64,000 bases of DNA. It comes from a virus. Below the pieces are notes generated by a model. It searched no databases. It saw only the letters and a program-made list of their open reading frames with translations, and was not told the origin of the DNA. Position 1 is the first letter of the stretch, and the number at the start of each line of letters is the position of its first letter. The position numbers were made by a program, and so were the translations under genes. Below are positions 39,268 to 48,386 of this stretch, in pieces. Where the stretch lies: IMG/VR virus record IMGVR_UViG_3300044991_001618, positions 1-64,000 of that record; one strand, written 5' to 3'.

Positions 39268-39740
39268 TATCTAATTATATTTCCTTTAAATGAACCATTA
39301 TTTAAATTTTTATTTCTTCTTATTTCACCATCTGTATATTTTTTGGCGAGGGGGGTCTCTTCTATATCTAATTCACCACCAACGTATAAATTTTTTGGTA
39401 TTTCTCCTATATTTGAATATTTAAACCATAAATCACCCCCAACATATAAATTGTCTGGTAATGATTCAATATATGTATGTGATACATCCAAACTACCCTT
39501 AACATATAGCCCTTCTGGTAATGTTTTTATTGCTGATGCAAATAATGACAAATCACCTTGAACTCTCAATCCCTCTGGTAATGAGGTTATTGCTGAATGA
39601 TTTAAAATTAAATCCCCATCAAAATTTAATTCATCTTCTGTAAATGGGTGATTAATTTTTACTTTATAAGCAAAAGGTTTTGGTCTATTTTCCTCTTTCT
39701 CAAGGAATTCAATTATTTTTTTTAATGTTTCTATTTCCAT
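39267..39740 (-). CDS. LRR family protein, array 4
   Basis: Caps and repeats; same variant C-cap. Confidence 0.85.
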   Translation of the reverse strand: MEIETLKKIIEFLEKEENRPKPFAYKVKINHPFTEDELNFDGDLILNHSAITSLPEGLRVQGDLSLFASAIKTLPEGLYVKGSLDVSHTYIESLPDNLYVGGDLWFKYSNIGEIPKNLYVGGELDIEETPLAKKYTDGEIRRNKNLNNGSFKGNIIR

Positions 39741-40279
39741 TACTCTCTTAATATTCCTTTTATAAATCCAGGTTTAACCATTTCTTTTAATTCAGCATTA
39801 GAAAATTTGGATAAACTATCATTACTATTTAAAACTAAATAACCCTTAATTATCAATCCTTTTGGTAATGAAGTTATTTTTGTTTTCTGCAAATACAAAG
39901 AACCACCAATTTCAATATCATCAGGTATATTTTTTATTTTTGAGTTCCTTAAATTCAAATTACCACCAACTTTCAATCCTTTTGGTAGTGATTCTATATT
40001 TGAACTTGCTAAAGATAAATAATCCCCAACTTCTAACCCTTCTGGTAATGAGACTATTGCCGAACAACCCATTAAATTAACCCAACCCTTAACTCTTAAT
40101 CCTTCTGGTAATGATGTTACTTTTGTATATGATAATTCCAAATTACCATTAATATTTAATTCATCATATGTTAATTCATTAAATATAACCTTCCATTTAA
40201 AACTACCTTTATCTCGGGGCATTTTATTTTCTTCCTTTTCAAGAAAATCAAGTATTTTTTTAAATGTTTTATTTTCCAT
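39740..40279 (-). CDS. LRR family protein, array 4
   Basis: Caps and repeats. Confidence 0.85.
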   Translation of the reverse strand: MENKTFKKILDFLEKEENKMPRDKGSFKWKVIFNELTYDELNINGNLELSYTKVTSLPEGLRVKGWVNLMGCSAIVSLPEGLEVGDYLSLASSNIESLPKGLKVGGNLNLRNSKIKNIPDDIEIGGSLYLQKTKITSLPKGLIIKGYLVLNSNDSLSKFSNAELKEMVKPGFIKGILRE

Positions 40280-40282
40280 TAT

Positions 40283-40696
40283 CTACATATTTCCTATTAT
40301 TTCTCCTATATAACCATTTGGCTTTATCATATTCAATAATTCATTGTCTGAAATTTCTGTAAATTTTGTTCTGTAAATATATAAACTACCCCCAACTTTC
40401 AAGTCTTTTGGTAATGAGGTTAAACCCCAACACCCAGCTAACCATAAATTACCCTCAACTTCCAATCCTTCTGGTAATGTTTTTATATCTGAGTCTGTTA
40501 AATCTAAAACACGCCCAACTTTCAATCCTTCTGGTAATGAAGTTATTTTAAAATTTGATAAATCCAAATTACCTTCAATATTTAAATCTTTTTCTGTTAA
40601 GGGTTCATTATTTTTTACTTTATAAGCAAAAGGTTTTTTTCTATTTTCTTCCTTCTCAAGGAATTCAAGTATTCTTTTTAATGTTTCTTCTTTCAC
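40283..40696 (-). CDS. LRR family protein, array 4
   Basis: Caps and repeats; GTG start overlaps the upstream TGA. Confidence 0.85.
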   Translation of the reverse strand: MKEETLKRILEFLEKEENRKKPFAYKVKNNEPLTEKDLNIEGNLDLSNFKITSLPEGLKVGRVLDLTDSDIKTLPEGLEVEGNLWLAGCWGLTSLPKDLKVGGSLYIYRTKFTEISDNELLNMIKPNGYIGEIIGNM

Positions 40697-41289
40697 AATC
40701 TTGATATTTTTTCTTTTATAAATCCAGGATAAACCATTTCTCTTAATTGTCCATCTGTGTATTTTCGTAATGGGGTATTTTCTATATACAATACCCCCCT
40801 AACTTCTAACCCTTTTGGTAATGATGTTATTTTTGTATCTTTTAAATTCAAATATTTACCAACTTTTAATCCTTCTGGTAGTGAAATTAAATCTTTGCAA
40901 GAATATAAATCCAAAAAACCCCTAATTTTTAAGTCATTAGGTAATGAACTAATGGATGTATAATTTAAATGCAAATTACCACCAACTTTCAATCCTTTTG
41001 GTAATGAGGTTATTTTTGAATATGCTAAAAACAAATGCTTCCCAACTTTTAATCCTTCTGGTAATGATTGTATTCTTGAAAATGTTAAAATTAAGTCCCC
41101 CTCAACTTTTAACCCTTCTGGTAATGATTCTATACTTGAGTACATTAAATTCAAATCATCTTTTATATTTAATTCATCTTTTGTTAATGGTTTATTAAAT
41201 AATAACTTCCACCTTAAATTATTTTTAGGTATTACCCCTTCCTTTTCTTCAAGAAAATCAAGTATTTTTTCAATTGTTTCTTTTTCCAT
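40693..41289 (-). CDS. LRR family protein, array 4
   Basis: Caps and repeats. Confidence 0.85.
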   Translation of the reverse strand: MEKETIEKILDFLEEKEGVIPKNNLRWKLLFNKPLTKDELNIKDDLNLMYSSIESLPEGLKVEGDLILTFSRIQSLPEGLKVGKHLFLAYSKITSLPKGLKVGGNLHLNYTSISSLPNDLKIRGFLDLYSCKDLISLPEGLKVGKYLNLKDTKITSLPKGLEVRGVLYIENTPLRKYTDGQLREMVYPGFIKEKISRL

Positions 41290-41996
41290 TATCTAACTAT
41301 TTTTCCTTTTATAAATCCAGGTTGAATCATCTTTCTTAATCTATAATTACTAATTTCATCTAAATGGGAAAGATTCAACATTATAGATCCATAAACTTTC
41401 AATCCTTTTGGTAATGAGGTTAAATCTGTTAGTCTTAAATCCAAATCACCACCAACTTTTAAACCTTCTGGCAATGATTGTATATTTTTACAACCAAATA
41501 ACACCAAATCTTTCCTAACTTCAAGTCCTTCTGGTAATGAAGTTATTTTTGTATTATTTAAAACTAAATGCCCTCCAACTTTCAATCCTTCTGGTAATGA
41601 AGTTATTTTTGTATTATTTAAATACAAATCCCTACCAACTTTCAATCCTTTTGGTAGCAAGGTTATATCTGTATTAGATGAAAACAAATCACCACCAACT
41701 TCCAATCCTTCAGGTAATGATGTTATTTTTGTTGAACCTAAATTCAAATTACCCCCAACTTTCAAACCTTCTGGCAATGAGGTTATTTTTGATCTTCTTA
41801 AATCGAAATTACCACCAACTTTCAAACCTTCTGGTAATGAGGTTATTGTTGTTTCATAAAACCACAAATTACCTATAACATCTAAATCTTCTTTGGTTAT
41901 TGGCTCATTATTTAATATTTTCCATTTAAATGGTGCTCTATGTTCTCCTTTCTCTTCAAGGAATTCAAATATTCTTTTTAATGTTTCTTTTTCCAT
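41289..41996 (-). CDS. LRR family protein, array 4 (about 8 repeats)
   Basis: Near-identical 60-bp KITSLPEGLKVGG units. Confidence 0.85.
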   Translation of the reverse strand: MEKETLKRIFEFLEEKGEHRAPFKWKILNNEPITKEDLDVIGNLWFYETTITSLPEGLKVGGNFDLRRSKITSLPEGLKVGGNLNLGSTKITSLPEGLEVGGDLFSSNTDITLLPKGLKVGRDLYLNNTKITSLPEGLKVGGHLVLNNTKITSLPEGLEVRKDLVLFGCKNIQSLPEGLKVGGDLDLRLTDLTSLPKGLKVYGSIMLNLSHLDEISNYRLRKMIQPGFIKGKIVR

Positions 41997-42003
41997 TATC
42001 TAA

Positions 42004-43506
42004 TTATTTTTTATTTATAATAAAAAAGTGCAATTGTTTTTTATAAGTGGTAATCTCCCCAGCAATTTGAACCTTTAAATCAACAAAATATTTATTTGGT
42101 ATTTTATCTCTTGTGTCAAAATTAAAATAATATTCATTTGGTGTTCTGTTAAATTCTGTCCAATCTTGAACTTGAACTTGGGTTTCCCCCTCCTTAACAT
42201 AAACACGATAAAATCCTTTAATGTTTGTTAATAATTCACTTGTGCTATATGCTTTTTTAATTATAACCCCAATCTTTCTAACATCAGTATTGAGTATTTT
42301 TTCCCCTTGCATAATGTTATAGAAATCAAAATTATATGTTTCACTTTCTGTTGTCTTTGTTCCAGTTTTAATTCGATTATTTACATCATATAATACAAAT
42401 TCATTTTCAACATTGGGTAATGTAATTCCATTTAAGGTCATCCCACTCCAAACATCAGTAAATACCATAGGTGCTGTATATCCACTAAATACATTTGGTA
42501 CAGATACCTCATACACACCCTTGGTAATTAATTTTGTTGATAAGTTTGTGCAACCAGTAACAACATTCCCATCATTGTCAAATATATTAACAATTGGATT
42601 GTTATCCAAATTTGAATACGAATCTTCATCTGTTACATAAAGATATAATTTATTTACCCTATTCTTAACAAAATTATTTCTATCATCCTTAATCAAATCA
42701 TCATAAGTTGTTAATAGATAAGGTTCATAAAATGTCTGGGTGTGCCTTGAAAAAAAGCCAACAGAATAGCTTTCCGTTAACCCTGTTGCATTTTCATAAG
42801 ATGGGGTATAAGCAATGCCCCAACCAGAATAAGATGTGGTAGAACCGCTTAAAATGGCGTTTATTTCATTTGTCATGTTAAATGAAACATCTTCATTACC
42901 AAATTCAAAATGTTTGGTATCAAGAATGGTCAATCCGCTATAATTAACATTTCCCGTATTTTTATTGTTATAAATACCAGGTTCAGTCCATCCGCTTAAT
43001 GTTTGAGCATTATACCAATTTGAGGGGGTTGATGCAAATGAATTATCATTCTTTATAACTAGGGGATATTTCGCCCCTGACCCTGAATTTAAGTTTTTTG
43101 AATAATCTGTATAATCATAACCTACACCTTCATCCCAATTTTGAACATACCCTGTGCTACCACTACTCAATGGAATTCTAAATAAAACCAAATCAAAGGA
43201 AGATGCTCTACGTTTTTGATTTGGCATTTTCCCATTTAATAAGGATTCATCAAAAGATGCTGAATTTTTTAAGACTAATGTATGTGTGACACTTGACAAT
43301 GAACCGCTAAAAATGATATCATCATTAACTTTATCAATTAGAGGTTCTAAATCTAAATCAAAAATTAGCCTTGTTGGTCCATATGCTGGGATTAAGTAAT
43401 CTGTTGCACCATAAGTTAATTCAATAACAGGGTTTCTACCTGTATTTATTTTTGAATTTGCAATTAAAGTGTTGTTTCTATTAAAATAAGATAGATGAAT
43501 TGACAT
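42004..43506 (-). CDS. putative virion structural protein
   Basis: Beta-rich 500 aa; WDEGVGYD, FFSRHT motifs; preceded by TATTTAT. Confidence 0.55.
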   Translation of the reverse strand: MSIHLSYFNRNNTLIANSKINTGRNPVIELTYGATDYLIPAYGPTRLIFDLDLEPLIDKVNDDIIFSGSLSSVTHTLVLKNSASFDESLLNGKMPNQKRRASSFDLVLFRIPLSSGSTGYVQNWDEGVGYDYTDYSKNLNSGSGAKYPLVIKNDNSFASTPSNWYNAQTLSGWTEPGIYNNKNTGNVNYSGLTILDTKHFEFGNEDVSFNMTNEINAILSGSTTSYSGWGIAYTPSYENATGLTESYSVGFFSRHTQTFYEPYLLTTYDDLIKDDRNNFVKNRVNKLYLYVTDEDSYSNLDNNPIVNIFDNDGNVVTGCTNLSTKLITKGVYEVSVPNVFSGYTAPMVFTDVWSGMTLNGITLPNVENEFVLYDVNNRIKTGTKTTESETYNFDFYNIMQGEKILNTDVRKIGVIIKKAYSTSELLTNIKGFYRVYVKEGETQVQVQDWTEFNRTPNEYYFNFDTRDKIPNKYFVDLKVQIAGEITTYKKQLHFFIINKK

Positions 43507-43524
43507 TTTTTTATTTAATAAATA

Positions 43525-45033
43525 TCAATTAATCCTAATTTTTTTGTTTAATATTTTTGTTGTTGCAAGTGAAAACTCACGTAATAGATTTTGAATTGTT
43601 GATCCATCTTCTGTAACAGAAACTGGTGCCTCCCCGGGAAATGGATGTGCATGTGTAACCAAAAATCTAATGATTAAATTAATCAATTCAAGAAGTTCTT
43701 CTCCCCTAATAATTGAAGATGTATTGGGGTCAATACTATCAACAATTTTATCATTATCAATACCATATAAAGTATCTGTTAAATCAATTTTGGATTTGTT
43801 AGGTGAAGGAGTAGTATTGTGGCTTAATAAATAAATTGTGTCAGCACCAATTAAAGCAGATGAATTTTCTTCGTTTATTATTGTATTACCAATAACAACA
43901 CCACTTTCAGTAAAAGTAGGAACAATTGTACTATCTTTTGAATAAATAAATCCTGAACCCCTTTTATTTGAAAATTTATCAAACTTTATTTCATTATATA
44001 TGTCAATAACATTTGTAGATGGTGTTTTAGATAAAAATGTTCCACTCAATCTTAAATAAGTTGAATATCCTGGTCTAAAAAATATTGGGAATTTTATTTC
44101 ATTTTCAAAAAATAATTGTGTTCCATCATCAAGTTTTACACCTGAATTGCATTTTTGAATAAAATCATTAATAAATTTAATTGTATTTTCTTTACTTAAT
44201 TGATTAAACTTAACCCTACATCTAAATATTTTTAAATCATCAATAGTACTATTAATATCCAAATTTTTAATAGCTACTCTTTCATTTTGAATTAAATTAT
44301 ATAAATTAATAAATCCATCAAATTTATCATTTGTAGCATCAGGATTTTGGATAACCCATTCAATCAAGAATTTTGTTCCTAATGTTTTTTCTCTTTCAAG
44401 TTCAATAACTTCTGGGGGATTTTTTACTTTCCTTGATTTAAACTGTGATACTTGAACAAATGACCTATTATAATTTGGTGTAGGAAACTCATTTGGATTC
44501 ATTGACCCCTTGTATTTACCTGCCCTAATTATAACATCATCCTCTTTAACTAAAATGTCAGATGATCCCCTACCAATAATACCAGTATCATTAGGTTCAA
44601 CAAATATGCCTTTAACTTTTGATTTCCTATATGAACCATCAAGATTTTTTAATGTTAATGTTCTTTTAAATCTTCTACCTGAACCAGTTAATATACGAGA
44701 TTCTGTCACAGTATTAGAATCCGCTCGCATAGGAGAATTAAAATCAGATTGAATATAATATTGATTATCAAACTTAAAATCTTTATTTGCATAAATAACC
44801 AATATTCTTTCTCCAGCACTCAAGGGAGCATTTATATAATAAGGCAATAATGGTTTAAATATGAAAGGATCCCTATCCCCCCAGATGTCTGTTTTTTCAT
44901 TAAAATTTGGGTTACTAATTGAATTTAATATATCATCATTTCTATCTGAATCAACCCTAGCCCTAACCCTATTTAATCCTAATGGGTCTTCAATATCAAT
45001 TATCTCCGCTGGAAATAGTACTCTATTGTCCAT
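43525..45033 (-). CDS. baseplate hub/spike-like protein (gp5-like)
   Basis: N-terminal OB-like DIEDPLGLNRVRARV; C-terminal RGEEL...THAHP (HxH tip motif). Confidence 0.6.
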   Translation of the reverse strand: MDNRVLFPAEIIDIEDPLGLNRVRARVDSDRNDDILNSISNPNFNEKTDIWGDRDPFIFKPLLPYYINAPLSAGERILVIYANKDFKFDNQYYIQSDFNSPMRADSNTVTESRILTGSGRRFKRTLTLKNLDGSYRKSKVKGIFVEPNDTGIIGRGSSDILVKEDDVIIRAGKYKGSMNPNEFPTPNYNRSFVQVSQFKSRKVKNPPEVIELEREKTLGTKFLIEWVIQNPDATNDKFDGFINLYNLIQNERVAIKNLDINSTIDDLKIFRCRVKFNQLSKENTIKFINDFIQKCNSGVKLDDGTQLFFENEIKFPIFFRPGYSTYLRLSGTFLSKTPSTNVIDIYNEIKFDKFSNKRGSGFIYSKDSTIVPTFTESGVVIGNTIINEENSSALIGADTIYLLSHNTTPSPNKSKIDLTDTLYGIDNDKIVDSIDPNTSSIIRGEELLELINLIIRFLVTHAHPFPGEAPVSVTEDGSTIQNLLREFSLATTKILNKKIRIN

Positions 45034-45256
45034 AATTATTTCTTGAATTATATTCTTCTAAAATTTTAGAATAAGCCCCCTCAATCTCATCTAATTTATA
45101 AGTCAGATTGATAACTATATTTTTTGTTTCATTAAATTCCTCAGTCAAACTATCCAAAACATTAATAATTTCACTATTACTTTTATTTTTAATATCCTTA
45201 CAGAATTCAATAATATTTTCATTATTTTTCATATTAACCATGTCTTTTTTTAGCAA
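45023..45256 (-). CDS. hypothetical coiled-coil protein
   Basis: Coupled small ORF. Confidence 0.6.
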   Translation of the reverse strand: MLKKDMVNMKNNENIIEFCKDIKNKSNSEIINVLDSLTEEFNETKNIVINLTYKLDEIEGAYSKILEEYNSRNNYGQ

Positions 45257-47276
45257 AAACCCTTCCTGTTAATAGGGGGTCAATAAAACCATCAACTGCA
45301 CCATTTGTAATTTCTTCAGAATCCATGCCATTTATAAGTGATTCAGCAAACAATAAAACTCTATTTGGTGAACCATCTAACAAGTTTTCAGTTTTTAAAC
45401 CCAAATTTTGCATTTCAGAAATAACATTTATTTTAGCTCGTTCACTTGAATACCCAGGTAAAAATTGAGCACCAAGTAATAATGGTGCTGGTATTGGTAT
45501 AATTGCTCTTTTACTTAAAACATTAATTGAATTTAATATTTGTCCAATAGATTCAATTACACTTTTACATTTTTTTAAATCAACCTTAATTGATAATATA
45601 CCAAATAAAGATGAAGTCAATGCAAGTATTATTCTTTTTTGTTTGTTGGTGTATTTTTCAAAAATACCTCCAACCACTTTTGACACCATCTTTTTTAATT
45701 TACCCTTCAATATGTTAAATAATTCTTTTAAGAATAATTCCAATATTTTTTTGGTAACATTTTGAATATAAACTTTATATTTTTTTGCAAATATTTCAGC
45801 ACTCCCAATTACTTCTTTTGCATATGATAAATTACTTTTAGCCTCATTTAAATTTTTTTCAGCTTGGTCTTTTAGTTCATTATATTTATCATTAATTGTC
45901 CCTTCAATAACTTGACCCAACACCATTATTGGAAATAATAATTTTGGGCTAATAATAGATTCAATGGTTGCTTTAACAAAAGAAAATAAAGTTGCATTAT
46001 TATTTTGTAAATTATTATTTTGTAATATACTTAATATTCCCTCATTTATTGCATTACTTTTTTCTTGTTCAGATAATCCATCAAATGTATCAATAATATC
46101 TTTTGCAAAATCTCTTATAATCTCATAATCAATTGGCTGATTTAATACCCCACAACTCTCATAATCAATTATTTTATTTTGATAATTATTTATATTCCTA
46201 TCTATTTTTCTTAAATCAATTTCAGAAAATGTGAAAAAATCATCAGTATCATTATCTAGTTCTGATATTTTAGAAATGCCACTAACATTTATTTCTTCAC
46301 TATTGTCAATACATTTATTACAAAATCTTTCAATTAATAACATAAATTTACTTTTCTCCTTTATGTCTGTTTCTGTACTACTTTCTGTAATATCTGCACC
46401 ATCAATAAGATAACTAAATATGTTTTTTATAATATTATTAAAATCAATGATGTCTAATGTATCGTAATAATCAAATATAAATTTACTATAAGAATTAAAT
46501 GTATTATCACCATCCCCCAACAAAGCAACCGCAATAAAATCCCCATCTACATCTAAATCATTTTTTGTTTCATATGAAAAATCAAATAAATCCAATCCAG
46601 AATATCCTTTATAATTTGTACCATATTTTTGATAAAAAGTTTCTTTCTCATTACTTAATCGCTCATATAACTCACGATTAAATGAAAACCCTAAATTGCC
46701 ACCATATCCTTTATATTTATCATTTGTAATGTTTTGACCTATTGTGGTGTTTTTTAGATTTTCATAAAAAAATATACCAGATGTAGAATCTGGACTTTTT
46801 GTTAAATTACCAAATAAATCTAAATTCTTAATAGGGACAAAAACTTTTGATTTTTTGTCCATTTTAAATGATGGCTTAATATATTCATTTTTAGGTATAA
46901 CTGGAAATGTTTGGTCATCTCTACAACCTAATAATTTAATTGCCTCATCAGATAATATTTTTTTTATTTCTGAAAGGTTTTTAACTGTAATATCTGAAAA
47001 TGTCTTTAATAATTTGTTATTAGTATCCAATCCCTCACCATCTATTTTTTTTATATAACTAATTATTTGTTCAAAAACAGAGGGGGCTTTATTGGTCTTT
47101 AAATTGCTTGGGGCTTTATTTATATTAATTGAATTACTTACATTAGAAACAACTTTATCAAAAAAGATTTCACTCTGTCTTCTAGCTGTTTTTGACGCAT
47201 TGTTACTATCTAAGTAAGTTGTATATGCATCAATTTTTTTGCTAATGTTCTTATATTCATTAATTAAATTTGGCAT
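45234..47276 (-). CDS. hypothetical protein (possibly structural)
   Basis: 680-aa ORF within the operon. Confidence 0.65.
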   Translation of the reverse strand: MPNLINEYKNISKKIDAYTTYLDSNNASKTARRQSEIFFDKVVSNVSNSININKAPSNLKTNKAPSVFEQIISYIKKIDGEGLDTNNKLLKTFSDITVKNLSEIKKILSDEAIKLLGCRDDQTFPVIPKNEYIKPSFKMDKKSKVFVPIKNLDLFGNLTKSPDSTSGIFFYENLKNTTIGQNITNDKYKGYGGNLGFSFNRELYERLSNEKETFYQKYGTNYKGYSGLDLFDFSYETKNDLDVDGDFIAVALLGDGDNTFNSYSKFIFDYYDTLDIIDFNNIIKNIFSYLIDGADITESSTETDIKEKSKFMLLIERFCNKCIDNSEEINVSGISKISELDNDTDDFFTFSEIDLRKIDRNINNYQNKIIDYESCGVLNQPIDYEIIRDFAKDIIDTFDGLSEQEKSNAINEGILSILQNNNLQNNNATLFSFVKATIESIISPKLLFPIMVLGQVIEGTINDKYNELKDQAEKNLNEAKSNLSYAKEVIGSAEIFAKKYKVYIQNVTKKILELFLKELFNILKGKLKKMVSKVVGGIFEKYTNKQKRIILALTSSLFGILSIKVDLKKCKSVIESIGQILNSINVLSKRAIIPIPAPLLLGAQFLPGYSSERAKINVISEMQNLGLKTENLLDGSPNRVLLFAESLINGMDSEEITNGAVDGFIDPLLTGRVFAKKRHG

Positions 47277-47280
47277 ACCA

Positions 47281-47649
47281 TTACTTTAATGTGTAATTAT
47301 TTGTTAAATCATTATTTATGTCTTTATTTAATAAATTTTCTAATACAGTTTCATCCAAATCTGCAAATGAATAAGATGTTTCATCTTTACTCATTTTTTC
47401 CCAGATACTTGATTGTAATTTAGATAAACTTAATTTTTTTTCAACACACTCATTAATAATTTTTTGTTGCTTTTCAATAACAGGTCCAATCATTGTCATA
47501 TCTTCTGGATCCTTTAACATTGTTAGCATTTTGTTTTGTATTCTAATGGCAGTTGTCCTCTGCTCAACAAGTTCATTGTATATTTCTTGCATTAGATTTA
47601 GAATTGATTCCTTATTAAAAGAAATTTCTTTTTTAACTGGTCTAGCCAT
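47281..47649 (-). CDS. hypothetical protein
   Basis: 122-aa helical ORF after the sigma-like gene. Confidence 0.65.
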   Translation of the reverse strand: MARPVKKEISFNKESILNLMQEIYNELVEQRTTAIRIQNKMLTMLKDPEDMTMIGPVIEKQQKIINECVEKKLSLSKLQSSIWEKMSKDETSYSFADLDETVLENLLNKDINNDLTNNYTLK

Positions 47650-47651
47650 AA

Positions 47652-48386
47652 TTAAACAATTTTATTTATAATAAAAATATAAAGAGATTTAAATTTCTTT
47701 AACGAAACTCGAATCTCTTTAGTTGTTAAGTTTGTCATTTCACGCAATGACAACAAAATTAAATTTTTATTAAACTTTGAATTATCTGTTGCTGTAAATA
47801 TTGTTTCATATTTTTCAAAAACATCTATTAATGCTAATCCTAATTTTCTTTCATTATCAGTTAAAGATTGGGTTTCAACAAAATCTTTTAGTTTAATAGT
47901 ATATTCAACAATAATTAAATCTAAATCAACCACATCATCATCTATGTTATATAACATATCTGGGCGTTCTTCTATTGATGCTGAAATATCTTCATAAGAT
48001 ACCTTTCTGTTGGTTTCTTTTTGGTCTTTTAATATTTGACCCATCAAATAATTTTTACATATCGTACCAAAGTATGAATATGCTTTTTTATTTTTGGATG
48101 GTTTAAATTTATCTACTTTGGTCATAAGAAAAGAATGAACATCAGTATGAATCTCATTGAAGTCCATATCTTTTCTATATAACCTGTATCGTCTAATTAT
48201 TGACGATATCATTTTATCTAAAGGCTTTCTAAGAAATTGGTTGTATATTTTGTTTTTTTCATGTAAAGTATTTGCTGTTAGAAAATCTACAACAGCCTTT
48301 TCTTCCCTTATGTCAAAATAGTTTTCTTTTGGGGTTTTCTTTGTTTTCTTAGTATCATCTATTACATCAATAGTTTGGGTTGTCAT
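47652..48386 (-). CDS. phage late sigma factor (T4 gp55-like)
   Basis: NYF at the N-terminus; KFKPSKNKKAYSYFGTICKNYL resembles gp55/sigma region 2. Confidence 0.65.
   Translation of the reverse strand: MTTQTIDVIDDTKKTKKTPKENYFDIREEKAVVDFLTANTLHEKNKIYNQFLRKPLDKMISSIIRRYRLYRKDMDFNEIHTDVHSFLMTKVDKFKPSKNKKAYSYFGTICKNYLMGQILKDQKETNRKVSYEDISASIEERPDMLYNIDDDVVDLDLIIVEYTIKLKDFVETQSLTDNERKLGLALIDVFEKYETIFTATDNSKFNKNLILLSLREMTNLTTKEIRVSLKKFKSLYIFIINKIV

Noticed and set aside
8264-41878. Many antisense or alternate-frame ORFs over LRR, clpC, portal and repeat genes
   Set aside because: They are shadows of the repetitive, biased codon pattern of the real genes, with no leaders or motifs of their own.
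8295-41996. LRR arrays as a diversity-generating retroelement or CRISPR array
   Set aside because: No reverse transcriptase or TR/VR pair in the window, differences are not adenine-specific, and the repeats are in-frame coding units rather than repeat-spacer units.
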